Below are positions 27,128-38,160 of a stretch of DNA of 64,000 bases, piece by piece. Below the pieces are notes generated by a model. That model worked only from the letters and a program-made list of their open reading frames with translations, made no database searches and had not been told where the DNA came from. The stretch is from NCBI GenBank assembly GCA_002633005.1, contig NMRA01000344.1:411354-475353 (forward strand), given 5' to 3'. This DNA comes from Phoronis australis. Lineage: Eukaryota; Animalia; Phoronida. Both the position numbers and the translations under genes were made by a program. Each line of letters starts with the position of its first letter. The first letter of the stretch is position 1.

Positions 27128-28682
27128 TGTATGTATGTATGTATGTATGTATGTATATATTTGTTGACGACAGTAGTTTTTGGTCAGGTGTATAATGGTA
27201 AATTAACTTCCTATTAACAATATCTGCTCTTCATCCTAAGTTGTTAGTCGGTGTTGTTTCAGCAAATGTACACAGGTAGACACACCTTTTTAAAAATTGC
27301 TCATTTACAATCTTTAGGGATTCCAGGTAAATAGACGGTCATCTATCAAGGACGAAAGTTTTGTAGTGAACCTTGCTAGTGTTGACACGACGACGTCGGT
27401 AAGTCGTTTGGTACCTTTGCAATACCTGAAAACAAAGAGCATGGATTCCTTCAAAAGGATGTTTGAAATTTGTATTACATTACCGCTGATGTCTCTGTCT
27501 TATGACTGGTAAGACAACTTCCGTTATAGCACAATACTGGCCAGCTTTTAAAGTGGCAATATCATGTTGCCTGAACGTCGGATGTCGCGATCCGACCAAT
27601 CAGGCCCAATAGAAATCATAAAATCTGACCAGGGAGCAGACAAAGTCAATAATTCAAAACAGGTAGGAACAGACTAAGCTAAAACGAGTAAAAAATTTCG
27701 AGGCGTGATTTATCAGTGGTCGTGTAACTAAACAAATGTCCCTCGGGCGTATCAGTTCACATGACCATCAGGAGTGCAATGTTGTCCTCTCACTTTACTT
27801 TCGGGAAGTATTCCTCTCTCAGTCCTTATGTCATGATATCACCCTCCGAATCGAACAGTTTGTATAACGAGAACTTCCCTTTTTCGTTAATCCTTATCGT
27901 GCTTTTTGGATCTAAAATTAAATGTCAGGACAAGTATCTACAAGTCTTAATCTGCACGTGTACCATTGTGTTGAATTGTTTGAGTTACATATCTACAAAA
28001 ATGACATGCGTCTTTTTGTGTAATGCTTTATGCCGCTGTAAATGATGCATGTTTTTAAGACATTGGCCTTGATGGTCTATTCTGCGCGATACAGTTTACA
28101 AATCTCACAAACATACGCGTTGTAAATTTCTTTTGCGCCTCACTATTTTTTGAATATGAAAAGCGCGCAACTTAACGCATTACAGGGAACGTATTGGCAT
28201 TTCAACAGAGGTCCTGGTATTGTGTGACATTAGACCTAAGTTCGAGCCCCCCATATTGAAGGCTGGGTGCGCGCATGTAATGGTTTTATCCACTGCTGAT
28301 TAGTATATTGTCAAATTTAATTCATACTGACGTCAACAGAATCCCCAGGCTTCCTCTCTACGAAAAGACGTGAAAATATGTTTAAGGCACAAATTTGGCA
28401 TTGAAATATATAGGGCGCTATTTGAAACACCCTGTAATCGGAAAAGCATACGTACCTAATATCCAAATAACAGTTGCTATTGATACCTTATTGCAGTTTA
28501 AAATCCAACGACCGGAAGTCAGCAGTGAGCCCATCGGCGTGCATGCGCAAAATGTAAACAACAAGAGGTTGTCCACTGTCTCCTCAATGGGTAAACGGTC
28601 GAGCTTCAAGGAAGGAAAGAGTTTAATCGACGACTTGGATACCGAAACAGAGCAACGTAACCTTATGCACCATTCCACATAA
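5427..28682 (+). CDS. Gene 1 (whole span): transmembrane mucin with PTS tandem repeats, two SEA domains, EGF-like region, TM and cytoplasmic tail; 12 coding exons
   Basis: Exons 5427-5496, 6896-8585, 9410-9528, 14140-14437, 15932-16132, 16556-16674, 20282-20576, 24784-24964, 25132-25302, 26108-26207, 27318-27398, 28497-28682. All have GT/AG ends and compatible phases (1,1,0,1,1,0,1,2,2,0,0). Exon-by-exon paralogy with gene 2 supports the model. Confidence 0.88.
6896..8585 (+). CDS. Gene 1 exon 2: Ser/Thr-rich mucin (PTS) domain, interrupted by an assembly gap
   Basis: Acceptor tgtag|GC, donor ACAG|gtgcc. ORFs 6856 and 7979 are the two sides of the gap. Ends ...PPPLNLNT(G). Confidence 0.88.
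7024..8540 (+). repeat. Coding minisatellite, 105-bp / 35-aa unit TLSSSKTSALNFTTTTLHTPNTTATASSTSKNTVS
   Basis: ccaagacatctgc recurs at 7142, 7247 and so on with 105-bp period. About 11 units visible, more hidden in the N gap. Confidence 0.95.
9410..9528 (+). CDS. Gene 1 exon 3: SEA-1 N-terminal half (GEKLKVNSSLKLEASLSWNDDLKDENSSVFKKYSFAIQTQ)
   Basis: aacag|GT...CAG|gtaagg, 119 nt; W-N-D-D-L..S..F SEA signature; too short for the ORF track. Confidence 0.88.
11359..12792 (+). mobile_element. Kolobok-type DNA transposon, internally deleted, with decayed THAP and transposase N-terminus
   Basis: About 170-bp TIRs (11359-11525 vs 12625-12792), TTAA on both flanks (11355-58, 12793-96). Frameshifted THAP: MPRGCCVPGC...FPKHDTLRRTWL...KHF...RLNKSAVPSL, then YILYLTKVLELF..FQVCG. 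Confidence 0.82.
14140..14437 (+). CDS. Gene 1 exon 4: SEA-1 C-terminal half with FKKG|SVIV cleavage motif
   Basis: ttacag|CTG...AGTG|gtatgt; overlaps ORF 14161-14469. Confidence 0.88.
14650..15712. mobile_element. Foldback-like non-autonomous element with inverted arrays of about 17-bp subterminal repeats
   Basis: Left array gtcccgggttctatt-type (14660-14760) is the reverse complement of the right array atagaacccgggacac-type (15560-15700). Exact ends uncertain. Confidence 0.55.
15932..16132 (+). CDS. Gene 1 exon 5: 4-Cys EGF-like module plus short PTS linker
   Basis: ttccag|TT...ACAG|gtagac; CDRNDICREGYACVEVNGTLPHC then T/P-rich stretch ending PPLNIIT(G). Confidence 0.85.
16556..16674 (+). 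CDS. Gene 1 exon 6: SEA-2 N-terminal half
   Basis: aacag|GT...CAG|gtatat; 119 nt, same length and phases as exon 3; GEPLTVNASFKLGETFQWNDDL...IQTQ. Confidence 0.88.
17480..19160 (-). mobile_element. Decayed Penelope-like retroelement (RT plus GIY-YIG), interrupted by unrelated sequence at about 17810-18200
   Basis: Minus-strand peptides AMGSPVSPIVADIYMDDFE, RYVDNTFVVI, IQFTM, VYCKPIHTDQY and endonuclease segment IGETKRHLGTRTKE...DHSID. Confidence 0.85.
19726..19951. mobile_element. MITE of the CAGTGGCGGATC-terminus type
   Basis: (T)AGTGGCAGATCTAC...GTAGATCCGCCTCTG termini, G/C-run subterminal motifs, TAATA on both flanks. Confidence 0.7.
20282..20576 (+). CDS. Gene 1 exon 7: SEA-2 C-terminal half with FQNG|SVIV motif
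   Basis: tttag|TTG...TATG|gtatgt; paralogous to exon 4. Confidence 0.88.
21933..21962. mobile_element. 30-bp micro-MITE with 11-bp perfect TIRs and 8-bp TSD
   Basis: GCTTGGAC [CATAGACATCA TCATGATG TGATGTCTATG] GCGTGGAC. Confidence 0.7.
22093..23057 (+). mobile_element. 965-bp non-autonomous DNA transposon, copy 1 (complete, 6-bp TSD)
   Basis: Ends CAGTGGCGGATCTAGG / CCTAAATCTGCCTATG; TATAAC duplicated at 22087-92 and 23058-63; two more copies in the window. Confidence 0.88.
23860..24520. mobile_element. Degenerate inverted-repeat element with modular subterminal repeats; similar-looking sequence at about 30580-30780
   Basis: ttctcgcgcgcac / ctttgctcacggac on the left mirror gtccgcgagcaaag / gtgcgcgagag on the right. 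Confidence 0.45.
24784..24964 (+). CDS. Gene 1 exon 8: Cys-rich region (4-Cys module plus start of EGF)
   Basis: tttag|TT...GCAG|gtgagt; VAITLQRLCKKANSCPRGHKCVIVNDAYPQCKGACDAYSEGICAYRNASCYLNRTYQPECR; matches gene 2 exon 58917-59094. Confidence 0.9.
25132..25302 (+). CDS. Gene 1 exon 9: end of EGF, transmembrane helix, basic stop-transfer
   Basis: tttag|A...GC|gtaagt; VIALICGTAGGVLFLVIFVISLACGI followed by KLRKANRYK; 171 nt as in gene 2. Confidence 0.9.
26108..26207 (+). CDS. Gene 1 exon 10: cytoplasmic (LKSREDDVSIASDDLYHLRLMRAERGANDYDNE)
   Basis: ttcacag|T...GAG|gtatgt; homologous to 59769-59862. Confidence 0.82.
27097..27155. repeat. (TATG)n microsatellite
   Basis: Direct reading. Confidence 0.95.
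27318..27398 (+). CDS. Gene 1 exon 11: cytoplasmic (GFQVNRRSSIKDESFVVNLASVDTTTS)
   Basis: ctttag|GGA...TCG|gtaagt; 81 nt; homologous to 60892-60972. Confidence 0.85.
28497..28682 (+). CDS. Gene 1 exon 12: terminal cytoplasmic exon (FKIQRPEVSS...LMHHST*)
   Basis: ttgcag|TTT to TAA; homologous to 61772-61945. Confidence 0.87.
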   Translation, partial: FKIQRPEVSSEPIGVHAQNVNNKRLSTVSSMGKRSSFKEGKSLIDDLDTETEQRNLMHHST

Positions 28683-31279
28683 TAAACTGGTTACATCATA
28701 ACAAAGTACGTGACGTGGATATCTTTGCCCGGACGGTCCATTTGACTCATAAATCGCTTGTGAGTGTGATCAAAATGACCAAATGTCATAAATTTGAGTC
28801 ATAAATGAATTGCTGATCCATGTACTATTTAAAGCCGTTTTACTCACATTTTCTTCAATCGAACCCACAGTACGCGCGTGTAACCTGTGACGGCCAAGTC
28901 ATGCTTGATTAGTGTGAAGTCTATTGTTCGTGAGTTGTGTTTTCCTGGTACAGGGATGTATTGCTTTAGGAAAACTGAAAGTAACAGAACGCTGCTGGTG
29001 ATAAACAAACTATGTCGTCCAAGAGCTCAGTCTGTATCGAAGTTTTGTCAGAGCGAATGCAGAGGCAAAATCATTCTTCACTGTCACATGTTTCATTCTC
29101 GTTGTCCATGAGGCTGGAGTATCGCTAGAGACAATGCTGTTATGCTGGTAGAAAGGAATGCAGAGTATTCCTTGCAAATGGCTGGAACCCAGTCTTCCTT
29201 AACTGCCTATTACTGTCACGCGTCCCTTCGCATGAGTCTACATTTCAGTTTTGGTTAAATTGTTTTACATCGTAATTGTCTCTAACCGTTTAATAGATTC
29301 ACACCATGAGCCTTGTACATAGATATCCCAATTATCGAGTGTTAGCTTTATGTGATGAAAGATTTAGGATACAGTACGATATGGTAATACAGTATAATTT
29401 AATATGCTATCAGTTATGTGTATAAAGAGTACTAAGCATGTGACTATCAAACGCTTTTTATGTTTCCTTAAGTACGATAAGGCTGGCATTAAAAGCAAAC
29501 GGACGACTGGATTATTTAATATGGGTAATCACAATTTGACATCGAAATCTTTAAAAAGAGAGTGACGAGTGTGTGTTTTTATTATAGGTTATAATGTGTT
29601 ATTAGTAAAGGCGTACGTACTTGGAATACATACAATGTTCTTGTTAGCATTCATAAAGCAAGCATATACTCGCACAATTGTTTTAGTGCTGAATATCTTT
29701 TCAAATCCCGATGATCGATTTATTGCGTGTCAAGTTAGAAGATGGGCATTCTAATTCATCCACGTGAAGCGCTGTCATAAAAGAATATTTTTTAAAAGAA
29801 CAAAAATGTATTTATGTATAATTGAGTGATTATAAATCAATGCGTTAATATCGTATAAGTGTTATTAGTGTTCATGCACGTCATATGTTGGTCACATCAC
29901 GTGACCAACAGTTAAGTCATAAAAGATCAATGAACCAATGGGGTTCGAAATTTTAAGTTAAACTAACCATTACTACTTTAAAATATTTGCATTGTTTCTC
30001 TGTTCTTATTTTTGTTTGTTAGGCTCCGTAACTTACACATTACAACAGTTTGGTTGATGACTCTTTAACCATTTAAGTGTCAGTATCAATTATGCTAAAA
30101 GTGGTTTCTGAGACCAATGCCAGCGCAGGTCGCAACCTTATGCTTGGCCGGCGGATCGAAGCCTCCAGTCGATAAATTTTAAGCTTATAAATTTCATAAA
30201 GTCACCGGCCATGACTTTAGCGATTTTGTGTTGAGATTTGGCCATTTGTAATAAAAATCAAAGTATCACAACGAATTTTGTTATTTCATAGTTCTAATCA
30301 GACCTTCCAGAAGCGGGTATCATTCAAGGGGACTCCATAAATGCTTTTTCGACCATTTAGCTGATTCATCACTATCGTCTTGCCTTGCTATCATTTTGTT
30401 GTGGTTATTTTGTTATTCTGATCTCCCGAGATCTCGATGTTTTCTTGCCTGTCACGTTATCAACTTTCTTGTCACAGATGTGAGAACCAAGGAAGAGGAC
30501 GATTTATTGAATATTCTCATTAGGTTATCCGGGTGGTGCATTACCTCAAGAAGATCCCTTACCTTCTCGCAGTTCGTCTCTCCGTAACACTTTCATCTCC
30601 AACGGGGACACATTCTCTGTTCTGCTCCCTCACACGGACATATTTCTTCACTCGCAAACGGACTAATCCTGCGGCCCCATATTAGTAAGTGCCAGGCAAA
30701 AATCGGGGAACAAGGGAATATACTTCCGTAAGACAAGAATAGCGTTCGAGTGAGAAGAATTTTTTGTTCGTTGACAAGGGATTCTGGGTATCCTGTAATG
30801 CAGCTGGAGTTTGTAACCTATAAGGTTATTATTGAATATAACAAGATTTTTTTCTTAGCAAAGTTCATCCGGTGTTTTTTGGCGTCTGAAAGGATGCCAG
30901 ATCACTAAAACGGGGTAGAAAACGTCCCAAATCTTCTCAAACATTTCGAAATAAAACCAAAGCCACATTTCCGGTGAGCATCTTTAAAGAAATTTGTAGT
31001 ACAGTGAAACTATGTATACAAAGTGAGAGCCTCTCTCCAAGAACCTAACATATCGGCCAGCGTGGTGAACTTTGGGTTCAAACAAAACATACCGGCTGTC
31101 GTAGTGGATTTTGTCTTCAAACACAAACTATAAGGTGATTACATGTTTTTCTGCGCAGTCTTTTATGGAGTGATGTAAAAATGTGTAATTGGAATGGAAA
31201 CTGAGTACAGCAAATTTCCTTAAATCTTGACAATCTTATCATTTTATCGTTTTTCTTTTTTTCACAAGCTCACTACTAG

Positions 31280-32670
31280 TTAAGTCGAAAAATGGCCCCG
31301 TGCACCCCGGGACCTCAACTTACTAGTTGTATTATTGCAAAGAAAAATATGCGTGAAAACAGAAGAAAGATGTTAACAACCCAAAAAGTGTCCCACGTGC
31401 GTTTTTGTGCAAATTAGTATGGCCATTACCAATTTTTCGTTATTTGACGATATCTCACTTTCTTTTTCGTGTAATTGAACAAATCAAGTGTCAAAACCGA
31501 TATTTTGAGGGAGTAAATTTCTTCATAACCTATTGCATCTGATTTGTGTTATGCGGTTACTTACAACCGATACTACACTGGAAGTGTTTAAAAGCCAATA
31601 TAACAGCTAATTGTGCAACATCAGTGATTATATAATCAGCTTTTTAATAAGCCCAATTTCAAAAAATATTTTAAACATCTCAAGGAGAAACGCGGGGATA
31701 TTATTGCAGAAATATGGGCAATCATTTTAATGACGTCAACATTTGAAAATGTTGACGTCAGTGCTCACATGTTCCACCAGTGGGTTTGGTAAGATTAATC
31801 CACACGACCACGCAGGCTCTAACACTTCCTCGTCAGTCTGCCTCCACCCTTGTTCTTCGTCATAAGGTTTTGGTTGTTCAAATATCACAATCACGCTTGG
31901 ACGAAGCGACACGGTGACTTACTGGTTGGATGTGAGATTTCAGCGCAGACGGGCACTTGGACTTGGAAGTGAGAATTTCATCTTCACCAACCATTTTGAG
32001 CAGCATCTTGCCATAAGTAGCATCTAGTCATGGCTATGGAATGCAAAGACGAGTTCTGCCATGTCTCCAACACATTTGTGGAGCAGCTGCAAGTTGTTAG
32101 TCTTAACAGAGTGCTGAGGCATGAAGACCAAGTGGCAATTGTTGATGAATGACATCCAAAAGGCAGCTGTCTTTCCAAGATGGCCTTCGGCCACCTTCCC
32201 CGTAAACAAAAGATACTTACCGATTACATTTGCTAGTTGAATGATCTTTCAAGGCTTCATTGGGATGCCCATGATTACAACGTTCGGTTATGTTCCGAAG
32301 AGCACTAGAATCCTCTATGGGGATGTCATCTTCCTCTAAGAACAGCTCTATTAAGAGCCTTTCCATTGCCTTACACGCCGTTTTGAGACACAATAGTGCC
32401 TTTGTATATGTCTTTCCACTGAGAACACCCTTGAGAATGTCAGCTGTTACCAACTGTGCCTCAAACAGGATCTCTGCATATCCAGAACAATTTTCTTTGG
32501 GACATTTTTTCGATTTGTTAACATACTTCTTCAGTTTTCACACGTATTTTCCTTCATAAAATTTCAACTTAAAAGTTGAAGTCCGCGGGTTGCATGAGAG
32601 GCCATTTTTCGACTGGATTATAACTTAAAAAGGTTCAAAACTCTATCATCTGCTTGTTACGGCTGAGCAT
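31280..32670 (-). mobile_element. Academ-like DNA transposon remnant with internally deleted transposase
   Basis: Minus-strand peptides GYAEILFEAQLVTADILKGVLSGKTYTKAL..LK...AMERLL, KTAAFWMSFI, MAELVFAF, and PSALKSHI...EQGW...LEPAWSCG.ILP resemble what I recall of Academ-type transposases. 31283-31395 is an inverted copy of 32498-32614. Left end may extend to about 30020. Confidence 0.55.
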
Positions 32671-32775
32671 TAGAGTCATTTGAAAAATGAAAAGATCGTC
32701 TCATTATAATGAGTTAACTCGACCTACATGTAGTATGTCGTTATAACGATTTAGTATCTCGTTATAAAGAATTAA

Positions 32776-34449
32776 AGGAAAATGCCACCCGATTTAATTA
32801 GTCTTTTTTACCGTCTTAATCGGTCTATTATCCACATCGCCTCTTATACGGTCGACCTAACCTTGCCGAGAGGTGTCGCGTTAACCTGTGAGGAAGGTGA
32901 GAAACGACATAGCGACGTCAGTGGTTCGACTGCGTAGTGAATGCCGCTATATTGCTGTGCATCGTTCCCGCTTGTTCGAACTATGAAGCTGCGAAGAATG
33001 CGGGTATATCGTTTTTTCGACTTCCTCGAGAGCCCGAAATGCTTAGGAAGTGGCTCGCGGTAGTGAAGAATGAAAGGTATGCTGTTAACAGCAAGTATGA
33101 GGCCGTGAAACATCTCCGTGTCTGTGGTCGGCGTTTCGTCAACAGTGATTTCTCTGACGAATTCCGGCTTACCAGAGAACTATCCATACGTTCCATTGCC
33201 CATGCATGTTCGCGACGCCTCTAGTATTTCTTGAACCGTCTATTCCGGTTCGAACTGATAGCATGTGAAACCTAACGATCCGACCCGTGAAGTCTTCGTG
33301 GGATGAGCTCTTGACTAAGTCGGGAATGGCGCCGGGCGAGTTGCCATGTAGACGTTTAATATTCTGCGTTCTGTTTCAAAATGAATTATTCTCATCCTAA
33401 AGTAATCCAAACTAATGCTTATATGAAACAAAAAGAAAGTCTGTCTTATTTGATACAATTTGTAATGCCTTGCAGTGTTCGTGAGTGCAAATGTTTTGAG
33501 AAGCCAGTAATGAATAAACCACTGCGTTACCGGCTTTTGATGCCTGCAACAAAAGTAATTGACCGGGCACCGAGGTCGTGTGAGCGTATGCTAATTCAGT
33601 GTTTGCTGACAGAAAGCTGTTGTGAAACAATTACTCAATTTTATGTGCTATGGTCACATGCTAGGGGAATCTTTATTTAGAATTACAAACACATTATTCA
33701 AATCATTGTTACTGTACAAACTTTGCTCTGACGGTCTGCGGAAGGGGAACCCGACTCGCGGCCCCCGACAACTAATTAGATTTTCAGCCTTTCGTGGCAA
33801 ATTCACATTAATAATTACGTGCATATTATTTCTTTGGCTCACTATTTTAGCCTTTTCGTGACTGGAGGTTTAGTTTCTAACTCAAGCTGGTTTATGTTTG
33901 TGCAAGTCCCGGCGGCCGCGACGGGCCTGATCGGGTTCCGAGTCACTGTCCGGGATAACAAGCGTTTTGTGTGTTAACAACGGAAAAAATCACAAGTATA
34001 AACAACACACACCTAGGTTCTCCTGTCTGTATTTCATGGAAGAATACTTCGAATCTATCTCGGAACGGACCCCAAACTCCTGCTACGGACCTTGGTAAAT
34101 TGGCCTGCCGAACTTTGTAGGCTACGGTGTGTCCAAATACCAGTGAATCCGTAACAGCGAAATAAAACAACACGTTTTTATGAGAACCCGGTGTATTTTT
34201 AAGGGATTTACATCGAAGTTTGATGATTTATTGGTGTTAAACGATGAATTCATGAGATAAACTGATACCACTAACCCGTGTTGTGAACTGCTGAACAGAC
34301 TGCGTGTGAACCAATGACGTCTTTGGATAATTTCAACACCTCCGTCTGCCGTCAGGTGTCAGGTAACGCAACCCAATCTGCCGTTATCGAGTAGAACTAC
34401 TCGATCTAAATTGATACAAAATAGGTTGTTTATTGGATGGAATTCTCCT
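32776..34449 (+). mobile_element. Kolobok-type non-autonomous element, family B copy 1, with THAP ORF 32937-33224
   Basis: TTAA|AGGAAAATGCCACCC...GGATGGAATTCTCCT|TTAA; THAP CIVPACSN...FFRLP...RKWL...VCGRRF (His ligand lost). Confidence 0.82.
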
Positions 34450-35097
34450 TTAATTACGTCATTATAAGGAATTGACTACCTCGTAATATTGTAGTACCAA
34501 GGTACCGAATTAAAAGAATCCACCAAAGTCAAAAGTTGTATTTTAACTATAAAATGACTTACTGATCCATGGTTTAATGTGTACGACTTTCTCTCTTGTT
34601 GTGAACTACAAGTCGTAGCATTTTAACATGGACAAGAATTTGAAAGAATGTTTAAGGTGAACCTCTGTGTGGACACCATTTTCAGTTTGAAAGCCTAGTG
34701 CGCTTGGGCTGTACGTGACGTCAATGAAATGGTCCTAGTAGAGCCATTGATTAAAATTCGTAAGATATCACAGAGTCTATTCTCAATTTAGTATTCTTCC
34801 AGAGGTGTTGGATCGGGGACAGAGTCAAAGAAAATTACAAAATCACTGAGTCGTTAGTCGTCCTACATGGGTTGACATTTGCCATCTTTTAACCCAAACT
34901 GTGATATGTTGATCAAATGTCTCGACATCAACTTTAAATAATCGAAAACCCAACGTACACAGTTTGACAAATTATCCCGAAAACGTTTTTCGTTTCAGTG
35001 AAGGTTTTGCATTAAGCACCTAGTTCACTGTTTTCTTCGCGCACAAAACATTGTTTCTTGAATACAAACGATTTACACGCGGTAATACTCTTATATA

Positions 35098-35778
35098 CAT
35101 AGGCGGATTTAGGGGGGGGGGGCAGNTGATTTTTTAAAGAAAATGGAATCTGAGTGACGATGAAAAAACACAAAATGCTGGTAAGATGTGAATTTTAATC
35201 GAAGCCTTAGTGAATCACTCAGAAACTCATAATCCTCTCTTTGTCAACCCTTAACTTAAGACGATTTCCAAAGCAATCGCGTCATTAATGCCAACACAAA
35301 AAAACGGATTTGGTCTTTTGGGCAATTGAAGACTAATTTAAATACAACAAATTTGTTACGAACTGATTACACAAAATATAAAAAGAAGTAGGTTTCGCGC
35401 GCAAACGCTGTGGACCATAAACAAGTAGGTCTCTTGTTGTCAAATTATGAGTGAAATTGTGGTGGTGCAGTGGTAAAGCACGCGCGCTCTGTTTGCTGGG
35501 TCGTGGGTTCGAGTCTGTGATAATTGCAGTTTTTCATGTTTGACACGTTCTCAGTTTTTTTTCTTTGCCTTTTTTCTTGGATAATATTTCAGAAATCAAA
35601 GAAATGCTTGATTTTTAGAGGAAAAAACAGCAAAATTTTCCTGGGCGGGGCAAACCCCCCTCACGACCTCCCCCCATTTGGTGCTATGCGCATCTACAAT
35701 CGTGGTTCAGTTTGCGCAAATGTTTACAGCCGGACAAAATGTTGGCCCCCCCCTTGTGATATCCTAGATCCGCCACTG
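35098..35778 (-). mobile_element. Copy 2 (inverted) of the 22093-23057 element
   Basis: CATAGGCGGATTTAGG...CCTAGATCCGCCACTG; collinear with copy 1; about 0.3 kb missing exactly at the N (35126). Confidence 0.88.
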
Positions 35779-36209
35779 ATATATCTCAGAACGAACGAAG
35801 TGCCGCGTACAAGTATATTGGGTACATACTTCAGACGTGCAGGCGGCACAAGTTGTAAAACACTATAACGAGATAGTGAATTGTTGTAGCGACATCAGTA
35901 ACGAGCTGGCTTATTCGTTATACCGAGATAATAGATGATGTTTTTAAGCTGGCCCTTGTGCTCCGCCGCCGTTTGTTGGTGACAGGTTCACAGTGTACAA
36001 AATACAAATTGATTATTAAATTGAAGAAACTTTCCTCCTTGATTTTAATGTTACAAGAATACGAGTGCAACAAACTGCAACGTCACCGCTACCAGGTGTG
36101 ATTCTCCATTTCTTTGAAAACGAAAGATATGAGTTTTTCGAATCACGGGAATAAAAGATCCATCCACAGGTCGACCAGGAGGAGCAAAATGTCAATCTAT
36201 TTAATGCGA

Positions 36210-36247
36210 AATACATACACATAGACATACATACATACATACATACA

Positions 36248-36313
<66 letters not shown>
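36210..36313. repeat. Compound (CATA)n(TG)n microsatellite
   Basis: Direct reading. Confidence 0.95.
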
Positions 36314-36316
<3 letters not shown>

Positions 36317-38029
36317 GTGTTTAGTTCTGATCATTTTAGAATTTTAGATACCTAGTCAGTCTGGACTTCAGCTTGGCAGTGACGTTATTATCGCTCTGGC
36401 CAATAAGAAGCGCTATAAGCAGACGAGGTCAGAACACTATCAAAAAAGTGTGATATGGGCTCTCGATGCGTTTGTGGAGAGTTTTTTGATACTTCTTCTG
36501 AACTAATCTTCTTCACAGACTAGGATAGTGACATCATTAGTATTAAAATCATGTCCAGTGGCGCATAGGTGGCTAAAAATAGCAGAGTCATTTGACTAAA
36601 TTTTTCTCAATTTTGTTACTCTAACTGGATATCTAAAACAATTCGTGCTTTATCTTTAGTTGATTGTATGAGAAACGAAATGAAGAGGAAGAGCAGTGAT
36701 GTACATAACCAAACCACAGAAAAGTTTTATTAGAAATATCAAATCCATATCAAACGCAGGAACAATTTAAAAGTTGTATACTTTGAATAATGCGTTTTCG
36801 GAAGTTTTCTACTCAAATGTTCAGAGTACAGACGCATCTACGCAGTCTGGCAATCGCGGGAGTTTTACAGTAAAACTAAAGAGCGTACAAGTGCCCTCTT
36901 GAGCGTGTACATTGCCCGCTGTAAAAATGAAATTCTGGGCCATGATGCTATCCTCAAAGTCATGCAGTTCCCGAATTTGTTGTTATTGTTGAACGGAAAT
37001 CTGTGTTTTAATGTTGTAGCACACTTTTTGTAAAGCGTTTCATTGTAGATAAATAAATTACGCCGTTTTGACATTTAAGGTCGTTGTGACAATTTGGGTC
37101 TGAACTTATTGTACAGGCACAAATTGTCACACACAAAAACTGCTGTGACAGTTTGGGCTTTCGCCGCCGACCCAATTTGTCACAATTTTAAACTTGTGAC
37201 AAATTGAGACGCTGTCACAATTTGAGCCTGCACAAGCTGCTGTGCCACTATGAAGTCCTCCACGACAGCTTATCCTCGCGTAATGGGCTGGCCGCCAAGT
37301 CTGACAGTATCACAGCATCCACAAACGCGGAAGGTTAAAGTATTGGTCTAAACAGAATGCAGATAATTGTAGATAGCAGGCATTGTTTATAATCTATAAC
37401 TGGCAAACCTGAGGTTCGAACTGACGTGACCACCTTTTCTAGACAAAAATGAATTCCACCAGCTTTCTTCAACAATTTCGGGTCCAGCAAATTTAACAAT
37501 AACGGGCACATTATATATTTTGTCAGTGTTATTCATCTGTGAAGAGTTTGAGATACCAAGACACTTGTAGATTACGCTGATGCCAGTGCTTGGAAGATAA
37601 AAGCTGTAATAAAAGTGAAAAATTTCACATCGTTATCAGTACGTGCTAAAGGTATACGTTATCTTTTTACATAAAACCACCGAGAAGTACAGTTGGTTGA
37701 ACCTGACTGAGATAAACTGCGTAATAGATTATAGTTGCTGAAACATACAGGGAATTCGACAGGTAACATTAACTGTGACGTAATTTGCCATATAAGCATC
37801 AATAATTTAGCGTAATTGTTAATGAAATACGGCAAAATCATTGACGGTGGTATGCACCTACCTTATAAGAAAGTAGGCCTGTTCCGAGACTTTACATAGC
37901 ATGATGCGACAAACCAGTCGCCGGTACATTGTCTAGAGTACCTTGAACGTAAGATATGACCAGTCTGTTCAAGTCAGTTCATTGAGTGAACTGTTTCTAA
38001 TCTGAGTATGGTGGACCTGATTAAGACAA

Positions 38030-38160
38030 TATATATAGCGGCAAGTACATGCGACCCAAGTATATAGCTGCGAGTACATGCTGCGCACGTATAGAGCAGC
38101 AAGTACATGCGACCAAAGTATATAGCAGCAAGGTACTTGCAAGTATATAGCAACAAGTAC
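38030..38160. repeat. Degenerate short tandem repeat (gcaagtacatgcgacc/aagtatatagc)
   Basis: Motif recurs about four times. Confidence 0.65.

Noticed and set aside
27318-27330. Direct splicing of the TM exon to 27318, giving an early stop (D-S-R-stop)
   Set aside because: An intervening exon (26108-26207) with a clear paralogue in gene 2 corrects the phase.
28681-28686. AATAAA overlapping the gene 1 stop codon as the polyA signal
   Set aside because: Common hexamer in AT-rich DNA; cannot be supported without 3'-end data.
32937-33224. Domesticated host THAP gene
   Set aside because: Inside TIRs with TTAA flanks, multi-copy, and this copy has lost the His ligand.
35126-35127. Apparent 0.3-kb internal deletion in MITE copy 2
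   Set aside because: Coincides with a single N next to a poly-G run, so probably an assembly join.
35459-35525. Functional tRNA gene
   Set aside because: Only A/B boxes are recognisable; no convincing acceptor or anticodon stems; lies within a repeat and differs between copies.
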